Below, piece by piece: positions 13,165-27,098 of a DNA stretch of 64,000 nt (position 1 is its first letter; each line of letters begins with the position of its first letter). A program made the position numbers and the translations under genes. Below the pieces are notes generated by a model. It was not told the DNA's origin. It ran no database searches and saw nothing but the letters and a program-made list of their open reading frames with translations. Location: positions 2,022,728 to 2,086,727 of the forward strand of contig CAVNZM010000018.1 in NCBI GenBank assembly GCA_963693365.1. Direction: 5' to 3'. The DNA is from Amoebidium appalachense (Eukaryota > Protista > Ichthyosporea).

Positions 13165-13734
13165 GTTCCGGGGGAGGGGGAAGCTGGGGTCACTGAGGGA
13201 GGGGGGGGGGACAGTATCGGTCCCCCCCAGGTTGCAGAGAACCTTCACCCTCCCCCACCCCAGGTTAAGCTTCCCTTTGCCCCCTCACCGCCCCGATACG
13301 TGTGGGAGCCGGGAGCCGGGCATCGTCGTGGGTCCTCAAGACAGCGTCGAGGTGGTATGGCATGAATGTTTGTGGGGTGACTCTACCAAAGGTATGAATG
13401 GTGTGAATGTTTTGTGGTTGGGGGAGGTTCCCCAGCCACAAGTGGATGGTCTCAGTGTTTCTTGTCCCAACCCGGTGTTTATTCTAACCACACCGGAGGG
13501 GGTTTCTGTGCCATTGTTTCCGGGAGGGGGGGGGACACACACGAGTAAAGGGGGAAGGGGGGGAAGGCACAGACACGTAGAAACACACCACCACAACAAC
13601 ATACGACGGTTGCAGACACACCTACACCCACACACACACCCACACATACACCAAACACACACACACCACCCACCCACACATCACACACACACACTCCACC
13701 ACCACCCACACCACATACACACCCCACCCCACCC

Positions 13735-16700
13735 GTGCAGGCACCACAGGTAGGTATGTTGCACGTAGGTATCGAGGGTGTGAGTCTTCGTGGGCAGGGA
13801 TTGGGTGTGAGTGATGATGTGTTGCTTGAATTGGAGGAGGATTTAGTTGGTTTTAGCCGGCATTATATAGACGTATGGTTAGCCGATGGGAAGTTGAAGG
13901 CTGTTGCTTTGCTCGATGGAGGGGCTCAGGTTAATTGTGTGCATGCTTCGTTTATTCGTCGTTTTAATCAGGCCGGAGGGGAAATTCCTATTTTAGATGC
14001 TTCTAGCACAGCCTTAGGCAGTGCTAATAATAGTAGTATGTCTGTGGAAGGTGTTTGTGTGTTGCCGTGTGAGATAGGTGGCCAGGCTATGCATATTGCT
14101 TGTTATGTGGTTAAGGATTTAGCTCAAAGTGTTTTGTTGGGAGCCCCATTTTTCCGTAGACATGTGAATGCTTTGTTTGAACGTACGAATGTTTTAGAAT
14201 TACAGTCCGGCGTTAAAATTAAAACCCATGATGGGCTCGACGGTTATCAGTCTGGTGCTAGAACGGTAGCTGAAGTAGTAATCGAGCCTTATCAGTGCCA
14301 AACGGTACGTGTCCGAGCCGGCAATCATGTTAGGATAGGGGATTTAGGGGTTTTCACTCCGAAAACCCCATTTCAGGAGGTGGCCCAATGGACCCTTAGT
14401 AGGGTATGGCCGGATAAGACAATAGAAATAGAATTAGTGAATCCGGGCATCGAGCCTATAGTGATTAGGTCAGGTGTTTCCGTCGGTAGTTTCACTAATG
14501 AGATTGGTAGTATAGAGGTCTCTCTTATTACCCAAAAGGAGGATGCCGGCTCGAAGGGTGACTCAGGAGGAGGGGGAACAACTTTATTTAACGTTAGCCA
14601 CCAAAATGTCACCCGACACGATGGGGGGGGGGACCGGGACAGCACCGGTCCCACTCCCCCGACCCCCACGAGGAAGGACGGTCACCCCGGGTGTGAGAAT
14701 GTGCAGGCAGGGGGGGAGGGTGTTGGTCTAACCCGTGGATCTGACGGGTTAACCAACACCGTGGGGGGCAGGGTGGCCACAGACCTGGCCCCCCACATAC
14801 ATGCACTAACTCATCAGGAATTGCCCGGGGGCATTGGTGTGCCGGGGGGAGGGGGGGGTGCTAAGGGTGACCGCCTATATCCGGAGGTACCTCAACCTCA
14901 CCCCGAGCAGCACCGATGTAATACAGGAGGTGAAATGTTAAGTGGCACTCCGGTGAATAAGGATGCATCCACTTGTGATGGGGGTAACCCGGAGTTAGTA
15001 TTGCCGTTTGGTATGAAGGAGGGGGATTGGACGGTAGAACAGAAAAAATTGTTAGCTAAGTTATTTGATAGGACTCGGTTTGCATTTCTGGCCGATGATA
15101 ACGAAGTAGGCTTCGTTAAAGGGTTTGAAATGCAGATCGACACAGGTGATAATAGGCCGGTAGTGATGCCTAGCTATAGAATGGAGCAGTATAAATTGTC
15201 GGATGCGCTAATAATAGTGAGTGATATGTTAAAAAAGGGTCATGTGGAGCATAGTTCGAGTCCGTGGAGAAGTCCGGTGCTATTGGTTAAGAAGCCCGAC
15301 GGGTCTTGGCGTCTAGTGAACGATTACAGGGCTCTGAATCGGATCACTAAGGCAGACCAATGGCCTCTCCCTAACATAGACGAGCAGCTTTCACAGCTGC
15401 ACGGCTATACTCACTTTGCTAAACTTGATTTAAAAGCAGCTTTTTGGCAGATAAGGTTGGAGGAGAGCAGCAAGGAGAAGACTGCCTTTGCACTGGGTGA
15501 CCAGCTGTTCCAGTACAAGGTGGTGCCGATGGGTTTGCTCTCCTCTCCAGCTATGTTGTGCCGGGTAATGTATAAAATTCTCCACCCTCATTTGGATGTA
15601 TGCCACCCTTATTTGGATGATGTTTTAATTAAAGGTAGGTCATTTGAGGAGCTAGTTAATAATTGTGAAAAAGTATTTTTAGCTTTGGGTGAGTCCGGTC
15701 TTCGCATTAGCGGTAGCAAGACTGTGATTGGTGTGCCGGAGGTTAAGTTTTTAGGTCATATTGTGTCTAGTAATGGTCTTGCCCCTGATCCGGAGAAAAT
15801 CCGGGCCATAGTTGAGTGGCCCCGTCCTCAGACTGTCACTCAACTAAGGCAATTTTTAGGTTTAACTAATTATCTTCGTCGTTATATTAAGGATTATAGT
15901 ATGCTTGCTTTGCCGTTAACTAGTCAGACGGGGGGGGAGAAAAAGAATAGAATAGATTGGAATGTTGATGCTGTTTCTGCTTTCGAAAAGCTTAAGTTAG
16001 CTTTGCAGTCTTCGAGTATGCTTGTTCATCCTGATTTTTCGGCCGGGGGGGGGGATGTTTAAAGTTCGGTGTGATGCAAGTAAGGTTGCTGAGGGGGCCG
16101 TGTTATATCAAGTGCAGGAGGGGCAGGATAGAGTGATTGCTTATGCTAGTCGTTCATTTAGTAAAAGTGAACGTAGATATAGCAATCCGGAGAGAGAGTC
16201 CCATGCTATCTTTTGGGCAGTCTCACGGGCATGGGGGTATATACTCGCAGGCAGGACGTTTGAGGTCTACACCGACCACAAGCCCTGCCTAGCCATGGCC
16301 GGCACCACTCGTCTGGTCAACGAGAGGATGCAGAAGTGGGCCGCGGCTCTCGGTGAGTTCTCCTATAAATTGTTTTATGCCAAGGGTGAAACAATGGTTG
16401 ACTGTGATGCTCTCTCTCGTGCTGCTTATATTTTGTTTGAAGAAGAGAAGGAGGGGGAGGGGGGGCTAGTGAGAGACGGGGGGGGAGGGGGGAAGGGGGG
16501 GGAGAGTGAGCAGAAAGGAATAGATGCTGTGTCTGTTGATGTTTCTTCTTGGGCTCCGGGGTTGCTTGCTTATAAGTGTAGGAGAGGGGGGGAGGTATTT
16601 GTCGGTGTCTGAGGTCGGGACCGAGTCTCATGGCTCGGCCCCTGCCTTAGCACCTACGGCTTTGATCTTAGCTCAGGAGGAAGATGTGTTGATTGGTCTG

Positions 16701-18458
16701 GTTAAGAATTATTTAAAGGGGCCGGTTGATTCGATTAAATTTACAAATAAAAGGCAGATGATTAAGGTAGCTAAGTTAGCAAAAATGTGTCAGGTAGAGC
16801 AGGATTTAGTTTATCATTGTTCTGGGCCAGACGGACACCGAGTTTGGGTCCCGACGGCACTTGTGCCTGAGGTTTTGCATATGGTGCATGAGCATCCCAT
16901 GGCTGGTCATTTAGGTGTAAATAGGACGTTGCTTCGTGTTAATCGTTCGTATTTTTGGCCGGGTATGAGTAGGGAGGTGAGGGATTATGTGTTGTCATGC
17001 ATGCATTGTCAGGAAAGGAATGAGAGTCCCCACTCTCGTTCCCGCCCGTCGTTTATTAGGGATTTTAATGTTCGTATGTTTGAAAGGGTAGCAGTGGATG
17101 TGGTCGGTCCTTTTAATTCTACGGTTGAGGGTAACACTGTTCTTGTTACCGTCACCGATGTGGCCACTCGTTGGGTTGAAGTTTTTCCTCTCCCCACTGC
17201 TAATGCCGTTTTGTTTGCTCGTATTTTTGTGGATGAAATTTGTCTTAGGTTTGGTTGTCCTCGTGTTTTGTTAACGGATAGGAGTCGTGTGTTTTTAAAT
17301 CAGTTGGTGTCGGAGGTGTGTAAAATTTTAAGGGTAGCTCATATCACTACGTCTGCATATCACCCTCAAGCAAATGCCATCTCTGAACGTGTGCATGCAG
17401 TGTTTCAGAAGTCCTTTGGCAAAATGGTGGATGTGGAGGCTAATGATTGGGATCATATGTCTAGGTTTATTGCTCATTCATATAATTCTACCCCTCATGC
17501 TGTGACTGGTTTTTCTCCGTTTTATTTGGTCTATGGGCAGGAGGCTATTAGTTTGTTAGATACGGCACTTTTGCCGATGGGGGGGGCTGACCGACTAACT
17601 TATCCCCACTGGACTGAGTTCCGGGAGCAGCTACTAACCCGGGCCCGGGCTGCACGTGATGCAGCTCTGGCCCGTACACAGCAGGCACAGGCACGTACAG
17701 ACGTGTCCACACGTCCGTTACGTGAATTTGCCGAGGGTACTTTAGTTTTAATTAGGGATCATACTAGGAAGAAGAGATATAAGCAGGAGCAGGAAGGTAA
17801 GGGTGAAGGTGAAGGTCTTCGTAAGTATGGTAAGAAATGGTTGCCTCTTTTTATCGGTCCGTATAAAATAGTGGCTAGGTTAGGTCCGACGGAATATAAG
17901 GTGCAGAGGTTAGATAATGAGAGTGATGTTAGATTTTATAATGTAGATGATATAAAGGAATATTATGATAGGGCCCTTAGGGTTAAACGGCCGGAGGGCC
18001 GTCGAGTGTTAGATGCATTCACCCCCGACTATGACGGGTCGGTGGATGTATCGGAGGCTGCAGTAGATAAAATTATGGATAAAAAGGTTATCGAAGGTAA
18101 GGAAGGTAAGGTAAATTATTATTTAATTCGTTTTGAGGGAGGTTATCAGGAAGATCAGTGGTTGCCTGAGTTTCATTTGGATTGCCCGTTTTCTATTCGT
18201 GCTTATGAGGCTAGATTAGTGCAGAGGGAGTTGCCTAGTGCTCCCTCTCGGCCAAAGAGAGTTATTCCTCAGTTTAATCGTGGTGTGAAAAAGTCGGTGG
18301 GGGAGGGGGCCGGGGGGGGAGTGATGCAAATACACGTAGACACACGGGGGGAGGGGGAGGGAGGGGAGGAGACCGAGGAGGAGTGTGAACGTAGTCGTAG
18401 GAATTTAATTTATTATCATAGGTGTCTCCGTAGGTATCAAGCTTATGGTGTAGATTAA
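13735..18458 (+). CDS. pol: Pol: aspartic protease, dUTPase-like insert, RT, RNase H, integrase (HHCC, DDE, GPY/F), chromodomain; two frameshifts at G-runs
   Basis: LLDGGAQVN; LDLKAAFWQ, VPMGL, YLDD; CDAS, ERE, TDH, DALSR; HEHPMAGHLG..CMHC, DVVGP, TDRS, SER; FIGPYKI; VDKIMDKK..YYLIRFEG..DQWLPE. Confidence 0.95.
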
Positions 18459-18591
18459 TTTATTATTTTTCTTCGTAATTTATTTAATTTAATTTTTTTT
18501 AGGAGACTGATTAGTCTATGTCTTTTTAGGGGGTGTTAGATGTAATGTGACTGAGGTGGGACTCAGCTTTTCCGGGGGCCGGGGGGGGAGT

Positions 18592-18642
18592 TGACATATA
18601 CTAATCCGTCTCAGCAGATTAGCCTAAGTCTACGATCGAGAT

Positions 18643-18688
<46 letters not shown>

Positions 18689-19331
18689 GGCCCGGGTCCA
18701 CAGATCATCAAGATCAAGTCCGGGGCCTCAAGATAGCTGTACAGCTGCGTGCATCTTGCCTCTGCCGGCGCAGGGCATTGGACCACGTCAGCCGGGACAG
18801 CCGTCCAATAGAATTCTAATTAGTGTGTAGGATAGATCGTAGGAGGACTTAGGAATGTCATTGTTCGGGCAGAAGCCCTTTTGTAAGGATTGGCAAGGTT
18901 TGATAGTATATGTTGCCAAACGTATTTATATATTTAGATGTAGAGGAAAGGGGGGGGAGGGAGGGGGGGGGGAGGATAGTATGAAATGTAGATTTAGACT
19001 CTGCGGTGCCACTAGGGGGAGGGTGAGGGGTGAGACTTGGATAAATATATTAGTTGAGTAGATCGACTTAGCTCGTGCAGGCGCACGATAAAAGTAGATC
19101 GGAATGTTAATGGAATGTGGCATCGTAGGGGGCCAGGTGATGATGATCTTGTAGGGCACGGCCTTGATGGCCTCAGTCGTAACTTAGACTCAATCCGTAC
19201 GGATCTAAGTTTGCCCGTCGGAGCCTGGTCTTAATAAACTTTACCGTTTTTCTGTACACGTTCGTTCCTTTTCGTGTGTGTACACTTAGTAGAGTGCCGC
19301 GTCTCTAGTACACATACATTAGGATACGACA
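18592..19331 (+). repeat. 3' LTR of the chromovirus
   Basis: Direct repeat of 10959-11670, preceded by a polypurine tract. Confidence 0.97.
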
Positions 19332-20526
19332 CCCCCCCCCCCCCCCCCCCCCCCCCCCGCGCCCCTTGCCGCCAACTCTCATTCCCTCCTCTCCCCCCCT
19401 TCCACCCTTCCCCACAGACTTGTGTTGTGCTGTCTGAGCAAAACCCTTCTTCTAACGTTATAGAAACAAGACATCTAGTCTACAATTGCAACAGCATTTC
19501 ACTGTGTGAAGACTTTTTTTTTTGGCAGAGTCTGTAACAGAACTTCGAAAAAACGTCCACACGGCCGCCGCCGGCCGTGCCCTTGCTAAAACATGCCAAA
19601 ACATGCAAGAAGACCTTCCACTGTCGGACCAAAAAAGATTTTATGACAGATAACGTTCATATTTGCAAAACAGAAATTTAAGTATTTTGAGGACTATTTA
19701 TCCCATAAACACGATGGATAAATACGATTTTACACTTCACCTTCATCTAAATTATCATGCGTACTAAAGTATGCCCAAATGCACTCCATTACCATATATG
19801 GTGAAATTGCGTCTACTCAAACGCTTCCTCTGATATGAGCAACTTTTCTTTCATGTATAGTCTCAAAATGACGTCATCCCAGCTAGTCTCAAAAAATTCG
19901 CGTACTTGATAACAGGGGAACTTTCGGGCCAACTAAACGGCGGGTTGGGCCGGGGAGTGGCCCGGCTCGCCAATGTAATCTGGCGCGCGGATCCCCTCAC
20001 CCGTTGTCGTTTCTTTGCCATCTGAACGAAGGTCCAAGCACACTAAAGATGGTAAATGCGTGTACACACGTAATAATGATTCCATAAGAATGTCCTTGTA
20101 TACATATGCATGCCAATGTATACGTATACATATACAGGTACACATCACGGCACACCCTTCAAGTACTAAAGGGTTTGCATTTCAAGTACAGATGGCGTTC
20201 GCCATTAAGAACCCCCATCAAAACGTGGCCGCGGTTCGTATTCTTAATGATGCGGCCGACGCGTGCGGCCGGGTGGGTGAGTGGGTTGGGGGGGGGAGCG
20301 GAGGGGCGGGGGGAGTTCCGGGGGGGGGGGGGGGGGGAGGCCGGTGGGAGGGGGGGGGGGAGGGGGGGGGGGGGGGGGGGGGCATGAGACTCAGTTTGCA
20401 TGATCCAGCATCAAAAAGTTCATCGGCCAGTCTGCCTTTAAGAAAGAACATGGCAAAACCTGGCCGAGGTGCATATCATCTGTGTGTGCCTGCTTTGATA
20501 CAGTGTGTGTGTGTGTGACGGTTTAC

Positions 20527-20557
<31 letters not shown>

Positions 20558-20635
20558 TCGTCTATGTGTAATTTGTATGTTTCTGCGCTTGTGTGCACGT
20601 GTGTGTGTGTGTGTGTGTGCCACCAGGTGCGTGTG

Positions 20636-20717
<82 letters not shown>

Positions 20718-20883
20718 TGTGTGTGTGCGACGCGCCACAGGCTAAGAACTTAGAAGTGCAACCGTTTATGAGTTATGGGGGCCCGACCGGACACGTGCCT
20801 ATGCACCTTTCTCCCTTATGTTCCTTTCTGTGCGGAAATTTTGCGTGTGTGTGCACATGTCGATTCTGTGTACGTTTGCCACT

Positions 20884-20943
<60 letters not shown>

Positions 20944-21488
20944 ACGGTGCACGGTGTGTGTTCGTGTGTGTCCCCCCTGAGGCTCACCCCCCCCCCCCCC
21001 TCCCCCCCTCCAAAAAAGAAAAAAAGAAAGAGAACCTCCCGAAACACAGGAAAGGACCCACAGACCCGGGGGGGAGAAGGGGGGGGGGGGGGGGGGGGGA
21101 GGACAGGGGGGCAGGGGAGGGGGGGGGGGGGGGGGGGAGGGCGGAAAGAGGCCCGGAGGGGCGGGGGGGTAAATTAGAATGGTTGAAACCTACGGCCGAG
21201 AATCCTTAAGATTCTAGACTAGCCCAAATCGACTTTACCTGTTGTCTAAAAATGAGCGATCTCGTATGCCAAAGTTTACTTGCAGACTACTGTGCATTGC
21301 AGTTAATTTAACGCTGGCTTGTGCTCGTTTGTTTTTTTAAAATTTGGGCGGTTCCATTTAGTTTTGTTTTGAAGTGGGCGTGCGTACGTGCGCCCGCACA
21401 CTCACTGACAAACTATACACACACGCGCACGTCGTAGGCACACACACGTGCACATACACACGCGCACACACACACACACACACTCTCT

Positions 21489-21543
<55 letters not shown>

Positions 21544-21862
21544 CACACCCACACACACACACACACACGCGCACACACACACACACACACAAGAACAATA
21601 TCAGCAAGTGCATATGCTCGCACACGTATCCAAAGACACACACACACACACAATCTTAGCGCCAGATCTAGGCTGACTTGTGGCAAACACGCGATTTTTT
21701 TCCTTTTTTTCTTTCTTTCATGTCGTATATACATGTAGGATACCAAGAAAGCCCAGGCTGTGCTGCTCGTTTTTAACTTTTTAATAGAAGCCACTATGAG
21801 AAACCATTTTCCGCCAGATCATTCGTCAAGGTGCGCACCCCGGGCCTGGGAAGGCACAGCCT

Positions 21863-21914
<52 letters not shown>

Positions 21915-22034
21915 AAAAAATTTTTTTTAAAGAAACTACGATTATTATACTTCACATCGACCAGCATTCTCAGATTCCCAACTTGTAAGCTCAGCGCAGC
22001 GGAACAGGCATGGTGGTGACTCGATATGAAAGGG

Positions 22035-22172
22035 GTTTTTTATTATTATTCAATTCTTAGCCCGTTTTGTTCCGGAGCGGGTGCCTTGAGGGGTCCCTTA
22101 AGGGAACTACCGCCTTCCACTAAGCACCGACTGTGACCCTAGCTATAAGGGAGCTAATAGCGCAATTCAGCT
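22035..22172 (-). mobile_element. Short copy related to the LINE 3' end at ~990-1090 (SINE-like or extremely truncated LINE)
   Basis: Shared blocks cgttttgttcc-ggag and agggaactaccg..t.ccac..agcaccgac.gt, next to an A-rich tail on the minus strand. Confidence 0.6.
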
Positions 22173-22520
22173 TCAATATTCATTCTTTTTTTATTTGTTT
22201 TATTATGGAATCATCTACAAAAAATAACCAAAAGACTACATCCTTAACTATATTAACCATAGCATGTGGTCTGTGTGGATGTTTTATTCCATAATTGCGT
22301 ACTACCAACAACCATAGTTGTATGCTAAGAAAAATACAAAAAAAAAAAAAAAAAAAAAGGTTTACGTGTATTTACACACAACGTGCACAACACTATGGAT
22401 TAACATTTTACCGGAACTTTTACAACGGATATTATACCAAAGTGTTTGCTCCGGCTAGCACTACCGTATGTACCAATAGTAATGCGATAGATGTGAGAAT
22501 TTATATTTTAGATTCTAACG

Positions 22521-23704
22521 TTAATTTTTGTTGCCGCCTTTGGCCAATATGTCCATCTGCTTTTTCATGTGGTCGGCGACTCCATTTCCATAGGCCTCAA
22601 TCTGCGGGAATCAGGGGGGGAAAATAAAACAAAAAAAAAGAAGGAAAGAAAGAAAGAAAGGGGAAAAAAAAACAAAAAAAACCAAACACATGTCATTATG
22701 ATACGTGTTTGAAATGTATCATGATGGGTCACGGCAACATTATACCGAATTAATTGAGTGGCTTGGTTGTGAACAACGTCTGAATTATATGGACATGTAC
22801 TAAATAGGTGAGTAAAATTCAACATACGAATGCAATATGTATAGTATTACGATGCAAGTTATATTGCTACCTTTGCGGTGATACAAAGGACATTGTAACC
22901 AAAAGCCACCACCATCAGTCAAATAAATGACTGCCAGAGAAAGTCGCTTCACTGAATCAGATGCATACTTTTATATATATGTATACTTCTATGATATCTA
23001 AAACACGAAAAAAACAGGGCAACACAACGTAAAAAGAAAACACGAAATAAATGCATGCATGTGGTAACGCGCCACGTTTGAAACGATATCTGAAACACGA
23101 AAAAATGGCAGAGTTAGTTTAGCTGTACTATAGCAGGGATTTGCTCATATATCTATGTATATGTACATGCAAGTTGATTATATCTAAAACACGAAAAACA
23201 CAGGGCAACACAACGTAAAAAGAAAACACGAAATAAATGCATGCATGTGGTAACGCGCCACGTTTGAAACGATATCTGAAACACGAAAAAATGGCAGAGT
23301 TAGTTTAGCTGTACTATAGCAGGGATTTGCTCATATATCTATGTATGTGTACATGCAAGTTGATTACTGTGTCCATCAAGCAATACACCACAGTGTCATG
23401 CCCCGTGATAGTGCACCAAGAAAACACACACTCGCCCTGCGCACGCATCATAGAAATTCATACACCCAAACACACACACACACACACACCACATCCCTCC
23501 CTTTCCCCAAAAACACGGCACCCACACAGTCACCTATACATACCCATGCAAGTCCTCCTCCCCTTCCCCTCCCCCCCCCCCCCCCCCCCCCCTGACACCG
23601 GCCCAACCCCACACACACAAACACACAAGCACCGTGGCATACTGAGTCTCACGGGAACTGTTACACTAATGCACACACAACACACACACACGCACGCATG
23701 CACG

Positions 23705-23757
<53 letters not shown>

Positions 23758-24135
23758 CAAACACACACACATCCCCTGCAAATCTTTATAAATACCAAGT
23801 TCATTCAGGGGGAAGTTCACTGACAGTTAAAGGCCCAGTTAAATGATTAACATGAATACCTGCTTAAACTGTTTTGAACTTGCCGCGCTATTGTAGGCGT
23901 TTGTTGCTCCCGACGCCACCGTGTTTCCAGCTGACACGACCGCGTTCCCAACATCCTTGGCCGTGTCTGTGATTTTCCCTCCGACGTCCTTTGCCGTACT
24001 AGAAATTGCATTGCCGATATCGTTGAAGATACTCCGGCGCCACGAGGCCGCTTGCGCGCCAGGGGCAGGGTTGGCAACAAGGGCGAAGATGAGAAAGGCC
24101 GCGGCCATAAGCTTGAAAAGACGAGCGGGATGCAT
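22521..24135 (-). CDS. Secreted Ala/Gly/Asn-rich protein (paralog B); exon 23860-24135, probable last exon 22521-22601, possible small internal exons
   Basis: MHPARLFKLMAAAFLIFALVANPAPGAQA is nearly identical to the paralog A signal peptide. Donor CAG|GTATTC; acceptor CCGCAG|ATTGAG gives IEAYGNGVADHMKKQMDILAKGGNKN*. Confidence 0.75.
22994..23366. repeat. Tandem duplication, 2 x ~186 bp, intronic
   Basis: atatctaaaacacg...caagttgatta occurs at 22994 and 23180, nearly identical. Confidence 0.9.
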
Positions 24136-24256
24136 TTTGGCAGAATTCTTTTTTCCTTTTCGTGTGCGTGCCGAGCTAGGAGAGAAGGGTGCAGAGGTCC
24201 GAACAGTTTGCTCAAGGAGGCCGCACAAACTGAAGCATCGTAGGCTATTCAAATGC

Positions 24257-24264
24257 TTTTTATA
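24257..24264 (-). promoter_or_regulatory. TATA box of paralog B
   Basis: GCTATAAAAA conserved with 4351-4358. Confidence 0.6.
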
Positions 24265-25208
24265 GCCTCTGACTATATCGGGGCGTTTTAACCGTTAAAA
24301 AAATCCTGGAATTGTGTCCCCGATCCACGGTCGTTTTTTTTTATTCGAATGCGCCTTTTACGACGTTTTTGGTGGTCGTCTGGTCGTACTAAATTTCAAC
24401 CCCTGCCACTGACAATACAAGTCCATGGCCAGCCGCTCGTATCAGCCGACAAACTTGAAGCAAAAAAAATAAAATAAAAACAAATCCCGAACTAGCTTTT
24501 TTATGAACATTGCAATAGTTTGACGAGGTCTTACAAACAAACAATAATTCGTTAGCGAATGCACAAGGTGGTGAGAACTTGAAAACGGAGAAGACTTATG
24601 TATGTTCGCTGGCCCGGCCGGGTAGCTCGGAATTTTTATGGAATCCATGCTACACCGCCCAATTTTAACCTCAGGGTTCGATATTTCAGGACTACACATA
24701 GCATCACGCACGGAGATCTTTTGGACTCTGTAGCACCTATAGCCTAGTGTAATCTGGATAAAGGGATATATCATCAGACAATATGAAAAATCGTATATAT
24801 TTACACCATGTGTCAGTATGAACTTCTGAAGCAACGGTTGAGGGTTTTGTTTTGTTTACTTTCTTGGCTGGCGAAAATATGACGTCGCATTCCACAATTC
24901 AGTAACCTTCCGGCGTGGTGATAAAGATCTCATTGCCCTCAACGTAGTCAACAACTTGAAGTCAACCTCTCAGTAAAATACAAGGTTCATAATTAACAAG
25001 CGCATATAAAAGAAAAATACTTTCATTTTCTTTTCATTTTTCCTTCATAGTGATCTCAGAGGAGAGAGACGAATACAATAGTCCTGAGAACCTATATAAT
25101 CAAGTACACGTCCAGGCCGCGCATGCGCAAGGGCCGCTATTTCGGATTGGAATGTGATTAGTCGGCTATTTTGATATTGTTTAACGGCAGTACCTCAGTG
25201 ATACGGTG

Positions 25209-25255
<47 letters not shown>

Positions 25256-25257
25256 GG

Positions 25258-25352
<95 letters not shown>

Positions 25353-25711
25353 ATACATGCTAATATTTATTAATTAGACGTGGCACTGCTGCACGTACGC
25401 GTATACAGATGGTCTACAGTACATGTATATACACATACCATTAATGGCGCCCCCATACTCTCAGAAACTTCTACTCACAAGTACATGTAACAGGTGCTAG
25501 AATCCGTACAACTGATTATATGTGTGTCATGCCATGTTCATCACTTGATAAAACGTCTAGCTGATTTACGGACACAAACAGTCGGAGATTCACACATACA
25601 GAACATGTACATTGTGGAAATTCTCACACACACACACACACACATGAGGCTCTAAACCGTGCCCACTCCCCTCTCTCTTTCTCTCTCTTTCTTTCTCTCT
25701 CTTTCTCTCCA

Positions 25712-25818
<107 letters not shown>

Positions 25819-25844
25819 AGTCTCCCTCTCTCTATCTCTATCTA

Positions 25845-25889
<45 letters not shown>

Positions 25890-27098
25890 CAGCTGCTCCT
25901 TCTAGATATCCCCCCCCCCCCCCCCCTGCCCCAAGAATTTTCCCCTTCCCTTCCCTCCCCCTTAGCCCCCCCCCCCCCTCCCCCCCCCAAACCCCCCAAC
26001 CTCACCCCTGGCACGTACCCTCCGCCCTTTCCCCCACGAACTACTTCCAGGCCCATGTTTGATGGCCCTATGGACCAGCTAATCTCAGCACGTAGCGCCG
26101 GCATCGCGGATTTACACATTGCACGACCGTACCGACATAATGTGGCATCATGGGGCAGCCCATCCCACAAGCACAACACAAATATCCCACGATCTGGTGA
26201 ACTTGAACCGCGTTTGGTGGAACCATCGGCATTGGGAAAGGATTGCGTATATGGGGCAGAATCGGCCGCTGGGAGCCAAGGCCCTGACTCGGTGGAACAA
26301 TTGGGGAATTTGGCGGTGAGCTGCCGCCAGATGTATCCATTAGATCCACCCCCTGCTGCATGTTTGGTTGCTGGGAAGATGGGACCGTAGCAGTGCGGCG
26401 GCTGCCTTTGGCTGACGCTGCTGCATTTGACAAGGCTGATAACAAATGCCTCCGTCTCATGTAATGGTCGATTTTGGCTTGAATTTGTTTAACCGTGTGT
26501 GCGCGGAGGATTGAAGCACTATCGCCAACCTCCGCTAGGTTGTGGATAAGTCGCAGCTGGTCGTACGTCTTTAGAACCTCGTCGGCTGTTACCTCGACAC
26601 CTGCAGTATGGTTACAATTACAACGTGTTAGCATGCTGCAGTCACAAGCTGTATGAGAAGAAGATTACATGTCTACGTGTCTACTGCAAGTGGTATACGT
26701 AAAAGCTTGTGTATGCATGTTTGTGTGTGCGCCTCAGTGTGTGAATGCATGTCATGTGCATGTATATGTGTGCGCCCTAGTGACATGTTCGGCTCTGAGT
26801 ATCATAGGCCCAGAGGAGGTGGGGAGGAGGGGAGGTGGTGGTGTGTGGTGGTTATGGTGGTGGTGGTGGTGGGGGGGGGGGGGGGGGGGGACAGGGGGTG
26901 AGGGGGGGAGGGGGCCAGTGGAGAAGAGGGGGGAAGGGGAGAGTGGGGGCTTGGGAGGAGATCCACACCATTCCGTATTGCTGCCTCGACAATAACTTGA
27001 ATGGCCAAAGACTCTGATATGGCCCACTTGCCCGTGCGCAATGGCTCTCCGACTGAAACAAGAAAATGGGAGCCACGAATCCTTGGTAGCTGCTGGCT

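Larger units (their letters stand above)
10959..19331 (+). mobile_element. Full-length Ty3/Gypsy LTR retrotransposon with chromodomain (chromovirus)
   Basis: TG...CA LTRs, order gag-PR-RT-RH-INT-chromo, PPT at ~18575-18590. Inserted into a poly-C tract, so the TSD is apparently CCCCC. Confidence 0.97.

Noticed and set aside
16043-16600. Programmed frameshifts within pol (also RECQL4 at ~42640 and ~59390)
   Set aside because: All fall in or near G/C homopolymers, whose lengths differ even between the two LTRs; sequencing error is more likely.
19559-19975. GC hairpins at ~19560 and ~19940 as Helitron 3' ends
   Set aside because: No convincing CTAG|T terminus or matching 5' TC end.
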